Assembly: GCF_006345805.1 (NCBI RefSeq)
Contig: NW_021834108.1
Span: forward strand, 1-39,755
Direction of reading: 5' to 3'
DNA from: Octopus sinensis
Lineage: Eukaryota
DNA: 39,755 nucleotides
The notes beneath the pieces were generated by a model. It searched no databases. It saw only the letters and a list, made by a program, of their open reading frames with translations, and had not been told where the DNA came from. Shown one piece after another: positions 1 to 11,468 of the stretch (position 1 is the stretch's first letter; each line of letters opens with the position of its first letter). The translations under genes were made by a program, and so were the position numbers.

Positions 1-277
1 ATGGTGGTGGTGCTAGTGGTGATGGTGTGGCGGTACTGGTGGTAGTGGTGGTTGCGGTGAGTGCTGTGGGGGTGGTGGCGGTAATAGTGGTGGTGATGGA
101 AGAGGTAGTGATGGTGTTGCTGGTGGTGGTGGTGGTGGTGGTGGTGGTGATGGTGATGGTGGTGGTGGTAGTGGTGGTGGTGGTAATGGTGGTAGTGGCG
201 GCGACGGTGATAACTGCGTCAATGACCATGATGATCATGATCATCACCATCAGCAGCAACAGCAGTAAGAGTCAGTA

Positions 278-321
<44 letters not shown>

Positions 322-460
322 AATGATGAAGAAGAAGAAGAAGAAGAAGAAGAAGAAGAAGAAGAAGAAGAAGAAAAAGAAGAAGAAGAAGAAGAAGAAG
401 AAGAAGAAGAAGAAGAAGAAGAAGAAGAAGAAGAAGAAGAAGAAGAAGAAGAAGAATTGA
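1..460. repeat. Compound trinucleotide microsatellite (GGT)n-(GAT)n-(GAA)n
   Basis: Directly visible runs; they explain the poly-V/M/K/S/P ORFs in the track. Confidence 0.97.
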
Positions 461-698
461 AGATATTTTTAAAATGATAATGATAATTATCATCATGATA
501 ATCAAATTTATTTACATATTTTGTATTTCCAATTAACAAGTATTAAGCGAGGTCATAGATTATGATTAAGCGATATGTATGTGTGTAGCTACGTGCGAAT
601 GCGCGCGTGTATATTAGCTACTGTGTCTCTCTGTCTCGCTTCGCGCTAACAGTTTGTTCATTTTAGTTGTATCACACAAGGGCGCATTATATATATAT

Positions 699-1000
699 AT
701 CACCGTGACCGACCAGGCTATCAGATGTTGCTATACATCACTGGTCACAATGCGCTTCATATTGTTTTAGCCTTCAAATGACGCCATCCCGCTGGCTAAG
801 CGAGCAGGCCAACAGAAGAAAGAGTGAGAAAGTCGTGGCGGAAGAGTACAGCAGGGATCGTCAAAACTCCCTGCCGGAGCCTCGTGAAGCTTTAGGTGTT
901 TTCGCTCAATAAACACTCATAACGCCCGGTCTGGGAATCGAAACCGCGATCCTACAACCGCGAGTCCGCTGCCCCAACCACTGGGCCATTGCACCTCCAC
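699..1000 (-). mobile_element. tRNA-derived SINE, family C, full length with tail type 1
   Basis: Minus strand begins GTGGAGGTGCAATGGCCCAGTGGTTGGGG (A-box) ... GGTTTCGATTCCC (B-box) and ends GGTCACGGTGAT in a TA tract. Near-identical copy at 32615-32927. Confidence 0.9.
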
Positions 1001-1029
1001 ATATGTATATATATAATATAATATAATTG

Positions 1030-1420
1030 TAGAATGACGGCATGCGCTGTAACAACGCGTCGCGACATCCAGCATCTCTTGGATTCCCTACTCGAAGTGG
1101 AATTACACTTTTGCACCGTTCAGGCGACAACCATCCAGCCTCCGAAACGGCTCTGTTTTGGGTAACCGTTGCTGATGAGGGTTTATGAGGTCGGAGTGCA
1201 GCTCCTGCTTCAACCCCTTTTTATAGTTGTCTTTTGCACGGCATGCAGAGTAAACTTTGGGATTATTCTTTGACATGCCGGATCCCTACACAGCACTGAA
1301 GCATTAGGAAATTAAATGTTTTGCTCAAAAGAACATCCTGCCGCCCGGTCCGGGAACCGATCCCACGATCCGGCGATCGCAAATGCAACGCCGTATATAC
1401 TAGGCCTCGCGCCTTCACAT
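1030..1420 (-). mobile_element. Old tRNA-derived SINE (Meta-domain-like), 3' boundary uncertain
   Basis: Minus strand GAAGGCGCGAGGCCTAG...GGTTCCCGGACCGGGCGG then TGTTCTTTTGAGCAAAACATTTAATTTC, resembling the TGTCCTTGAGCAAGACACTTTATTTC block of the element at 18015. Confidence 0.6.
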
Positions 1421-2455
1421 AATATAACTCTGGTCCGTGTGTATCACATCAGGTTGGAGATGGGAAAGATGACTTCCCTTTGCAAATACTGATAGAGCAC
1501 AGAAAGTGTGTCAATAGCCAGCTGGAGGAGATGTCTCCTGGGGCTACAAGCTACAGTAGCATCAAGGGTTAGCCACATTTAGGTGGCAAATATACTTCAC
1601 GATGTCGTATTGCTACTGTTTATATCTCGCTGAGAGATTTATTATTGCTTATATATATATATATATATTGTACATGGCATGATTAAACAGTCACATATAG
1701 AATCTGAAACATAAAAATGTCAATTAATAAGAAATACAAACTTTTACAAGTTAGAATAAACAGAAAACGATGTTTTATTATGGGATGTCTATTTACTTCT
1801 AACATGTGTGTGTATATATTTTCTGTATATTCCGAAAGTCTCCTAATGTAATTCTCATTGTCCTCTGAAAACCCTGGTGATTTTCTTTATAAGCTATTCA
1901 AAATACAAAATTATATTTTTATATATGTTTTGTAATTTTTATGTTATTTAAGAAATGAAACATTTGTTGGTTAATAAGTTGATTAATTAATACATTTAAT
2001 TTGTATCCATTAGTTTTCTAACTCTATAAAAACGTTTGATGTCTTTCGATTTTCTATATAATATATACATTGGAGAAATATCTCTCCACAGTTTAATATA
2101 TTAAACCAGTGTATGTTGGATAAATATCCCTACAAGAGAGATTTGAATATCCACATTGTAACTATAAGTGTATATATATATATGAGGGAGTTTAGTTCAC
2201 TGGCGATCTAAACGAATAGGTACGCTGTGTCAGTACTATAATTGGTCATCTGTTAGGTTGCAATTCCACAGCTAAGGATCCGCAGTAGGCTCCGAGTTAG
2301 CAGAAGGGATAACAAAACCAAGGTAGGGCGAGCATCTGAAGTCATTTACGATATTTAATTAATGTGAATTGAAAGTAACTAATTAATCATTGGATGTGTG
2401 ACAGTTGTTTCTGGGATATGGGTGGGACAAACACGAACACAAAGACACATACCTA

Positions 2456-2546
<91 letters not shown>

Positions 2547-2566
2547 CGTGTGTGTGTGTGTGTATA

Positions 2567-2716
2567 ACGGGCTTCTTTCAGTTTCTGTGAACTAAATCCA
2601 CTCATTAGGCACGAAGCTATAGCAGAAGACACTTGCCCATGGTGCCAAGCAGTTGGACTGAACTTGAAGTCATGTGGTTAGGAAACAAGCTTCTTACCAC
2701 ACAGCCACGCCTGCAC
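2567..2716 (-). mobile_element. SINE family B, head-only copy
   Basis: Reverse complement of the B head (GCTGTGTGGTAAGAAGCTT...GGCACCATGGGCAAGTGTCTTC...GAAAGAAGCCCG); ends at a (TG)n tract. Confidence 0.85.
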
Positions 2717-2816
2717 CTTGTGTATATATATATATATATATAATTATTGTTTTTTTATATTTTTTAGAAAACCATGAAAACGGAGAAGCACACTCTAAGA
2801 AGTAGACCAGTCTATA

Positions 2817-3190
2817 TGTGGTAAGTGGTTTGCTTCCGAACTGTATGGTTCCGGGTTCAGTCCCACTGCGTGGCACCTTGGGCAAGCGTCTGCTACTATA
2901 TCCTCGGGTCGATCAAATCCTCGTTAATTGATTTGGTGGACGGAAACTGAAAGAAGCGCGTCCTGTATGTATGTATGTGTCTGTGTGTCTGTGTGCCTCT
3001 ATATGTGTGTGTGTCTTTGTGTTTGTTCTCCACCACCACTTGACAACTTTAGCGGTTCGGCAAAAGAGATTAATGGATTAAGTAACAGACATTTAAAAAA
3101 AAACCCAATGGGGTCAACTTATTCGACTAAAACTCATCAAGGTGGTGCCCCAGCATGGCCGTTGTCCGATGACTGAAAGAAGTCAGAAAA
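2817..3190 (+). mobile_element. SINE family B, diverged near-full copy
   Basis: Head GGTTCCGGGTTCAGTCCCACTGCGTGGCACCTTGGGCAAG, internal (TG)n, tail GGTGCCCCAGCATGGCC...ATGACTGAAA. Confidence 0.85.
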
Positions 3191-3937
3191 AAAAAAGATG
3201 AAAGATAAAAGTTATAGTGAATAAATCGCATTTCGTTTTTATTCTGCTGAAAATATCTTGTCTTTGCGGTTTCGCCAGGAAACAGTACAAAAAAACAATG
3301 AAATATAACACTGGTTTCAGGTTAAAATTTGTTGCGTGAGTAGATGCAAAGATGAAGCATCCTTGAAGGAGATTCTTAAGAATAAATATTCGGTAAGATT
3401 TGGCATCTGTCACTGCCATAAGCTGGAGAGTTATTTAGAAGGACGAATGTAAAAAAAAAAATAATAATAAACAGTCAAAAATGCTAGCAAAATTTTCAAA
3501 ATGGCGTACAGCTACCGGATCTAGTATAAATATTTTAAGAAGTGGATAAAATCATACCCAGATGAAAGCAACGGTTTTTATTTTTTTAATATCAGCAAAT
3601 TTTGATGTTTTTGGTTTATGAAGAGGCAGTGTTGTCTTTGCGGCTGAAAACTTTAAAATGCCTCCAAATTCATAAAAGTATATAGATAGCGCTTATTTCT
3701 TATTTACCTGTTTGTGATGAACGGTGGAGGTTGACTGCCTGACCGATGGTTTTTAGAAGTGGTCTGCTGGTACAGAGATCACTTAATAAAGCTTTCATTA
3801 TTTTGTCGCAATCTCCAGAACAACGGCCTCAAGTTTTTTGTTGTTGTTGTTGTTTATCTTTTTATTTATTTATTTATTTATTTTTGCTCGCAGCAGACTT
3901 TACAGCAAGTAAAACTATTTTGATTCTGTAAGCAGTC

Positions 3938-4360
3938 GCAGGAGTGGTTGTGTGGTAAGTAGCTTGCTAACCAACCACATGGTTCCGGGTTCAGTCCCAC
4001 TGCGTGGCACCTTGGGCAAATGTCTTCTGCTATAGCCCCGGGCCGACCAATGCCTTGTGAGTGGATTTGGTAGACGGAAACTGAAAGAAACCTGTCGTAT
4101 ATATGTATATATATATGTATGTATGTGTGTGTGTGTGTTTGTGTGTATGTGTTTGTTCCCCTAGCATCGCTTGACAACCGATGCTGGTGTGTTTACGTCC
4201 CCGTCACTTAGCGGTTCGGCAAAAAGAGACCGATAGAATAAGTACTGGGCTTACAAAAAGAATAAGTCCCGGGGTCGAGTTGCTCGACTAAAGGCGGTGC
4301 TCCAGCATGGCCGCAGTCAAATGACTGAAACAAGTAAAAGAGTAAAAGAGTAAAAGAGAT
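3938..4360 (+). mobile_element. SINE family B, full length (tRNA head, CORE-like block, internal microsatellite, LINE-like tail)
   Basis: GCAGGAGTGGTTGTGTGGTAAG...GGCACCTTGGGCAAATGTCTTC...(TA)(TG)n...GCGGTGCTCCAGCATGGCCGCAGTCAAATGACTGAAAC, then a (TAAAAGAG)3 tail. Nearly identical to 14519-14934. Confidence 0.93.
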
Positions 4361-5049
4361 AAAGTTTAAAAGATAGATTTTTATAAAACACTGGCCTATA
4401 ATCCGCATTCCGTGCTGACTTTTAAACTAACTCCTACGAGCTAAATAGCATGATTATAATACGTCTATAATGACTATATACCCCCGGTGGTGTTTGATCA
4501 GAGGTTAAGGACGGGTGAGAATTAATTCTAGAAAGCATTCTATTGTTCCAGTCCCAAGTTGAATTCCAACTTATCCCAAAATTCTTATCTGGACGAAGTC
4601 AATGTCATTTATCTTCCTCTTCATCTTTGACAAACGCCACCAAGATGGCGTGAATCAGCCAGGCTTTACCTGCTAGAAATAGCAACCCAAATGCTTTTAA
4701 ATCAGATCCCAATGCTGGATGATCAAGAACCAAATAAGGGGCAGATTTTCAATCCCCGGATCATTCTGAATCCAAAAGGAATAATATATCTATGTCGAGC
4801 AAATGTAGGCTGTGGTGCAGGGGTCCCAGTCGGACAGAGAGAATTTTGCTTCTATTATTAGGAAAAGACATTTGTATTAATGCAATTTAAAGTACAGAAA
4901 ATTATTTCTTTACATAATAAAGGAAAAACGGATGAGAATACTTTAACGCAATTTCCTGGGACAGAAAGTATTACTGGTTTGAGATTTTCATGGAGTTCAG
5001 TGTACTCACGTATTGGTTTCAATTTTGGCAAAGAGCCCCAATAGTCTAG

Positions 5050-5197
5050 TGCTCATCTGGTACTTATTTAACTGACCCCGAAAGGATGAAAGGCAAAGTC
5101 GACCTCGGTGGAATTTGAACTCAGAATGTAAAGACGAACAAAATATTGCTAAGCACTTCGCCCAGTGAGCCAATTATTCTGCCAGCTTGTCACCTTA
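5050..5197 (-). mobile_element. SINE family A, 3'-truncated copy
   Basis: Reverse complement of the head plus TTCTGAGTTCAAATTCC...TTTCATCCTTTCGGGGTC...AAGTACCAG block. Confidence 0.88.
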
Positions 5198-5202
5198 ATG
5201 TA

Positions 5203-5343
5203 TTAGGTTGTCCCAAAAGTCCGTAAACACTTGCGAAAATTGAAGTTTTACTCGCCAAGTACTAACAAAAACAACAAAAATTATTCCTCAAAATGAAGAC
5301 CATTATTTTCTAAGACTTTCTACGAACTTTTGGGACAACCTTA
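5203..5343 (-). mobile_element. Mariner-derived MITE (141 bp)
   Basis: 23-bp TIRs TTAGGTTGTCCCAAAAGTCCGTA / TACGAACTTTTGGGACAACCTTA (21/23 match) flanked by TA on both sides. Minus strand 5319-5281 translates KVLENNGLHFEE*, a mariner transposase-type C-terminus. Confidence 0.9.
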
Positions 5344-5471
5344 TATATATTTTGAAACCTACAGAATAAGACAGTTTGCAGATAGAGGCCTTTTACATTT
5401 CATATGCCTTACATGCAAACCCTTTCGCGACACCCTTAAAGCCAGAAAATTTTCAGTACTCTTTCGTACAC

Positions 5472-5632
5472 GATAGGCTTCTATCAGTTTCTACCTGCCA
5501 AATCCACTCATAAGGCTTTTGTCGACCAGAAGCTATAGTAGAAGACGCCCAACGTGTTACGCAGTGGGACTGAACCCGGGACCATGTGGTTTGGAGAAAT
5601 AAACTTTTTACCATACAGCCAGGTCTGTACCT
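5472..5632 (-). mobile_element. SINE family B, head-only copy
   Basis: CAAATCCACTCATAAGGCTTT...GCAGTGGGACTGAACCCGGGACCATGTGG matches the B head reverse complement. Confidence 0.85.
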
Positions 5633-5989
5633 GCATACGTTTAAGTATACGGTTGTGTATCTATGTATATGTGTGTGTGTGTGAGTGTTTGTGTGTGTGT
5701 GTGTTTGAACTTCTGGTAACCAAGATGTTGTCTCTGTAACAGACGTTATTTATCATAAAACCACCAACTGACAGGCAATTAGTGTCCTAATTGACAAACA
5801 ACCAATTATGTAGAGAAAAGGAGAGTGTAGATTGGGACAGTGAGGGGTGTAGGAGGGTGGTGGTGAGTGGGGGTTTCCAGGGGTGAGGGGAATGAAGGGG
5901 GGAATTTGAAAACGTTTCAAATACTAAAATATTAAAATCCTACTATTATTTTAATAAGATTTTTTTTTAATGTTGATTTCGTTTAGATG

Positions 5990-6303
5990 TAGTTGTTGTT
6001 GTTGTTGTTGTTGTTTGTGGTGACTTAGTGATGGCGCTGGAGCTGATGCTGGTGTTGATACCAGCGGTGGTTGTGGTGGTAACACTGGTAGAGTTGGTGC
6101 TTGTACAAGTCTTGGTGGTACTGTTGATGGTAGTAACAGCGGTGGTGGGGGGCGATCGTGGTGGTGGTGGCGATTGTGGTGGTGGTGGTGGTGGTGGTGG
6201 TGGTGGTGGTGGTGGTGGTGGCGATCGTGGTGGTGGTGGCGATCGTGGTGGTGGCGATCGTGGTGGTGGTGATCGTGGTGGTGGTGGTGGTGATCGTGGT
6301 GGT
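5990..6303. repeat. (GTT)n/(GGT)n microsatellite with periodic GATCGT interruptions
   Basis: GATCGT recurs several times within (GGT)n at 6154-6300. Confidence 0.9.
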
Positions 6304-6423
6304 GACTTTACCTTTCATCCTTTCGGGGGTTGATAAAGTAAGTACCAGTTGAGCATTGGGGTCGATGTAATAGACTTACCCCTCTTTTAAAATTGCTGGC
6401 CTTATGTTGAAATTAGAAAGAAC
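6301..6423 (+). mobile_element. SINE family A, 5'-truncated fragment (short tail variant)
   Basis: GACTTTACCTTTCATCCTTTCGGGGGTTGATAAAGTAAGTACCAGTTGAGCATTGGGGTCGATGTAAT. Confidence 0.85.
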
Positions 6424-7214
6424 TAGCTAATCTATCCATCTATGAGGGAGGCCTAAAATGATGAGCAGCATGTATTGAGAAATGTGCAAATGGACTTTGA
6501 TAGGATTACTGGTTGATGTCTTAGAGAAATCACATTATTGTTGGTGATACAGCGTTCTATTGCAGCTGTATGACATGTATTTGCGACTAAGAGACATGCG
6601 ATCATGAATCAGTCCTGAACTGAAATAGGATCCCAGCCTCTGTTTATGTGAACCACTCCTAACGAAAGCCGGACCTTCCTTCGACCACTACATAAAAAGT
6701 TTTAAGAGAAAAATGCTATTCAGATATACTTTTATTTTAGTTGTTTACACTATCTGACGCTTGTTTATATTCTTATATATTCAACGTTCGCAAATTTCTT
6801 TATTTAAATTATGAATCATATCCCTTTCGATAATATCAACACGATTACAAAGCTTCTTTGTAGACGACATTTTCTGTTTGGTCGACACGAATTTTCAAAT
6901 TACTGGAGTCCGTTGCTCTACTCATGGCGACGTATAATTAGCCGTGTGTAAACATCGGAGTGGGTAAAAATACACCCTACACGATCTAAAGTCTGGCTCT
7001 GTGCCTTGTTTGCTGTGAATGCGCGAGTGGAATCTTTAGGAATCTGTCCATCTACGATGGGAAACAAAGGGATAGTATCGCAAATTTACGAACTATACGG
7101 CGGGGTGGGGATCCAGAGTTAATCCTCGTCACCGGAATTTTAACAAAATGAATCAAAGGTGATTTATTAATGCAAAACTCAATATCCACTAAATAATCTC
7201 TTCAAATTATTTCT

Positions 7215-7316
7215 TGATTACCTCCTTCGTAATCCCGAAAATCATCGTGATTGGTTCAGGTGTTTAACCGTGAAAGGAGAACAGATAGACAGACGGACAT
7301 AACGCCCATTATAGTA
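7215..7316 (+). mobile_element. Helentron/Helitron-like non-autonomous element 3' module, copy 1
   Basis: GAAAATCATCGTGATTGGTTCAGGTGTTTAACCGTGAAAGGAGAACAGATAGACAGACGGAC...TTATAGTA resembles DINE-1/Lep1-type 3' ends. Related copy at 7478-7580. Confidence 0.55.
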
Positions 7317-7477
7317 TGAAGTTGACTTACTTCCCTTTGCTTCTTTTATTGGTTATCTCCCCCTTAATTTTTATTTACTTTTGTACGCCCGTAAACTGAA
7401 CAATTACCCTCAATGCCCCCCCCCCCCAAAAAAAATAATCATGTTTTTTCACATTGTTTTCGTTAAAAGCCTTCCTC

Positions 7478-7580
7478 AATGACTCCTTTGTAATCCTGAA
7501 AAATACCATTACCATTGGTCCAGCCGTTTGACCGTGAAGAGGAAACAGCTTGACAGATGGCCATAATGCCCTTTATAGTA
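7478..7580 (+). mobile_element. Helentron/Helitron-like non-autonomous element 3' module, copy 2
   Basis: CTCCTTTGTAATCCTGAAAAAT...ATTGGTCCAGCCGTTTGACCGTGAAGAGGAAACAG...CATAATGCCCTTTATAGTA aligns by eye with 7215-7316. Confidence 0.55.
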
Positions 7581-8319
7581 AAATTATCATTATTATTATT
7601 GCAATTATTGTTGATATTGTTGTTGCTGCTGCTGCTGCTGTTGTTATTGTTGTTGGTGTTGTTGTCATCGTCGTTACTCCTAAGCTGCTCTCATTACATC
7701 GACGTTTCGAAAGTTTTCTTTGTCTTTCGTGAATTGCCCTTTGAAAGTTCGGAACTTATTTGGTTTTAGATATTCTCAGCAAATATATCTCTTACTTTTA
7801 ACAAAAGATCTGTGTTGAAGTTAATTAAAAGAGGAAAGGTTATTTTCTCTCTCACCGTCGGCAGTCAACAGACGTACATTTTATCAAAAATGTCAAGATT
7901 TCTATTTGGAGACGCAGGACCAGTGGGAGGCAGCCATGACAGCTGCAGTAGCGATCACGCCGCTAAAAGTGTCGTCTGCGTTGATAATTTTGCTTGTCAA
8001 AGTGAAATGGTGACCTTCTCCTAAGATTTTGCTTTTTTTTTTTTGAGAAATATCAGAAATATGTAGATGTTAACTCTGTCAAAACCATCATTGCTGTGTG
8101 ATACGACGAGGCAGCAAGATAGAAAATGGCATCGGTTTAAGAATTGAAGACAATAAAATCGACCACAACAAAAACAACGGCAGAACGAAAGATGCAAAAT
8201 GAATGCGATGGGGAAGGTGGGGGAAAAGGGGTAAAACTGTTAAAGATGGACGACGACGTTGCGGAATATCGTCAAGAAGAAGGAAACGAGAAGGAAAATA
8301 GCAACGGTATCAACAACAA

Positions 8320-8379
8320 TAAAGACAACAAGAACAACAACAATAAGGAAAACAAGAACAAGGACAAGAATATTGACAC

Positions 8380-8432
<53 letters not shown>

Positions 8433-8581
8433 GTAATAATAATACTAATAATAATAATAACAATAATAATAATAACAATAATAATAATAATAATGATGAT
8501 GATGATGATGATGATGACGACGATGATAATAATTATAATAATAATAATAATAATAATAACAACAACAACAACAACAACAAC

Positions 8582-8613
<32 letters not shown>

Positions 8614-8640
8614 TGATGATGATGATGATGATGATGATAA
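8320..8640. repeat. Compound microsatellite (AAC)/(AAT)n/(GAT)n/(GAC)n
   Basis: Directly visible. Confidence 0.95.
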
Positions 8641-8805
8641 ATGCCCTGATGCAGTATCAGGCAGTCGCTCTCATGGCTTCTGATCTTAACTGATTGGAAG
8701 TGTTATCATGTACATTGTTTTGTCTTGGGATAAAAGATGGGCTACAGCAAATATTCTGCTCAATACCACAGATTTACTTGTCAGTTGTTTGACCTTAACC
8801 AGGTC

Positions 8806-9360
<555 letters not shown>

Positions 9361-9509
9361 ATTTGGTGTCGTATTATCAGTTCAAGCCGATACGTCATCG
9401 CCATTGATTTCGTTCACGTTGCGATTGTTGTCGCATTTAGCAGCCAGTCGCTATCGTTATTTTGGAAGTGTCCAATCGGTGATACAATTCAAACGCTACT
9501 TTTCAAAGA

Positions 9510-9590
9510 ACTGCATTGAAACCGTTCTGTTCTATGGCAGCAAACGATGCCTGGACAATAACAGAAACACTAGCAAAGAGATAAATGCCA
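9510..9590 (+). mobile_element. RTE-type LINE relic (region C-terminal to the RT domain)
   Basis: Translates CIETVLFYGS, frameshift, DAWTITETLAKR*, matching the RTE-clade motif ESVLLYGSExWTLT. Confidence 0.55.
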
Positions 9591-9994
9591 AAACACTGCT
9601 CTCTTTTTACTCTAAGACTTGCCATTCCAGAGAGGTACCAATGTAAGATTTCTCAATTCGAAACTATAGAATTTCGGCGGTTGTTTGATAACCTCGTTAA
9701 CATTACTTGGATTATGATTTCGTCTACACTTCGTATCAAGATATGTTTGAATGAGTGAGTTAGACGACGATAAATGACAGTAATAATTATTCTACGAACG
9801 CTAATATCTCGTTGTAAACTCCATTAAAAATTTTGTCTTCTTTGCGTGTATCTAACTCTGTCACACCGTTTCTATGTTCTGCTCAAAGAACGACAATTGT
9901 TCGTCTACACGTCTTCATGGTGCATGCTCACAATGAAACGTGACCTACGTTAAGTAATGAATTATATCTCTCAACAGTCGAGCTAACGAGGAAA

Positions 9995-10550
9995 CAGTGA
10001 AGTGTTATAAAATAGCAGCTAAGACTCCCTCAAATTACACGCCACTGTTTAAAAAAAAACTTATTGGTTAACATGATCCCGGGATCATTTCAGGTAGGAA
10101 AAAGGCAGAGGTTCCAGGTGGGTTTCTTTGATCATATTTGTTGGAAGCACTCCGTCGGTTACGACGACGAGGGTTCCGGTTGATCCGATCAACGGAACAG
10201 CCTGCTCGTGAAATTAACGTGCAAGTGGCTGAGCACTCCACAGACGCGTGCACCTTTAACGTAGTTCTCGGGGATATTCAGCGTGACACAGAGAGTGACA
10301 AGGCCAGCCCTTTGAAATACAGGTACAACAGAAACAGGAAGTAAGAGTGAGAGAAAGTTGTGGTGAAAGAGTACAGCAGGGATCACCACCATCCCCTGCC
10401 GGAGCCTCGTGGAGCTTTAGGTGTTTTCGCTTAATAAACACAACGCCCGGTCTGGGAATCGAAACCGCGATCCTACGACCGCGAGTCTGCTGCCCTAACC
10501 ACTGGGCCATTCTTTGATCATATAACCGCTCAATCAAAACTGACCTGTCA
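9995..10550 (+). mobile_element. Old interspersed repeat family F, interrupted by a SINE
   Basis: Motif (CT)AGAAATAGCA(G/A)C, usually followed by ...AAAT, recurs at ~4670, ~10010, ~20025, ~23605 and ~35770. This copy is split by the insertion at 10138-10510. Confidence 0.5.
10138..10510 (-). mobile_element. Chimeric SINE: family C head/body with family D tail
   Basis: 10330-10510 matches family C (699-1000); 10140-10320 matches the tail of 18015-18346. Flanked by the 13-bp TSD TCTTTGATCATAT (10125-10137 and 10511-10523). Confidence 0.92.
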
Positions 10551-10789
10551 TTATCAATATTATTAGCAGCAGCAGCAGCAGCAACAGTAGCAGCAGAATT
10601 ATTAACATCATCGTCATTATCATCATCATCCCTTTCCTTCTCACCATCATCATCATCATTATTGTCACGTGCCATCTTTTATATTTGTTTAACCCATTCC
10701 CGGCATTGAAACAATCCTTCCACCCCAAACATGCCCTCCTGAAACTTCCACCAGACTCCTTTTTTTAATCTTTTATTTATATTTTTTTT

Positions 10790-11030
10790 TTTACTAGTTT
10801 CGGTAAATTGAACTGCGGCGGACTTCCTGGGGCACCGCCTTCAAGACATTTAATCGAACAAATTGACCCCAGTAACTTGAATTTAAGTTTTATACTTATT
10901 TTGTCGGTCTCTTCATGCTCAAGCGCTAAGTCACTGCAACGTAAAAAAAAACAAGAGCTGTCAAGCGGTTGTGAGAGACAAACACAAAGACACACACATA
11001 CACATACACACACAGATATACACACACAGA
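10790..11030 (-). mobile_element. SINE family B, diverged tail half
   Basis: CTGGGGCACCGCC...TACTTATTTTGTCGGTCTCTT...TGTCAAGCG is the reverse complement of the B tail. Confidence 0.75.
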
Positions 11031-11076
11031 TTTGCACATAATGTACATCGTATATAATGCGTATAAGATATATATA

Positions 11077-11244
11077 GGGTCAGGCGTGGCAGTGTCATAA
11101 AAAGCTTGCTTCCCAACCACATGATTAGGGGTTCGTTCCCACTGCGTGGCACCTTAGGCAAGCATTTTCTACTATAGCTTCGAGCCAACCAAAGCCTTGA
11201 GAGTGGAAACTGAAAAAAGCTCGGAAACTAAAAGATGCCCGACG

Positions 11245-11245
<1 letters not shown>
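11077..11245 (+). mobile_element. SINE family B, head half
   Basis: CAGGCGTGGCAGTG...CCCACTGCGTGGCACCTTAGGCAAG...GCCCGACG, then (TA)n. Confidence 0.82.
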
Positions 11246-11277
<32 letters not shown>

Positions 11278-11288
11278 TATAACAAAAG

Positions 11289-11320
11289 CTGTTACTCAGA
11301 GTTTCACGTTCCTCGGACAG
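11289..11320 (-). ncRNA. Degenerate type I hammerhead ribozyme motif
   Basis: Minus strand CTGT-CCGAGGA-ACGT-GAA-ACTC-T-GAGT-A-ACAG: helix I CTGT/ACAG and self-complementary helix III are present, but helix II is collapsed. Confidence 0.5.
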
Positions 11321-11413
11321 TTTTTGTTAAAATAAAACATATTACTCTACTCTACCTCTGGTATTTTGAGTATTCTTTTTTTCCACCTTGTTTCACATTT
11401 ATGTGCTTACTCC

Positions 11414-11468
<55 letters not shown>

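Noticed and set aside
915-1000. tRNA genes at the SINE heads (also 15160-15249, 18015-18090, 32845-32927)
   Set aside because: A and B boxes are present, but they continue into SINE bodies and tails, often with TSDs, and lack a proper acceptor stem.
1140-1185. Hammerhead-like GAAACGG...CCGTT-G-CTGATGAG (type II order)
   Set aside because: Only one nucleotide lies between the putative cleavage site and the core, so helix I cannot form.
3290-3420. Possible pogo/Brinker-type HTH relic (MKYNTGFRLKFVA*)
   Set aside because: Similarity is limited to about a dozen residues, with no TIRs or further motifs.
7695-7745. Minus-strand GAAACGTC preceded by a GAAAG/CTTTC stem
   Set aside because: The core reads TTCACGA (two invariant positions wrong) and there is no helix I complementarity.
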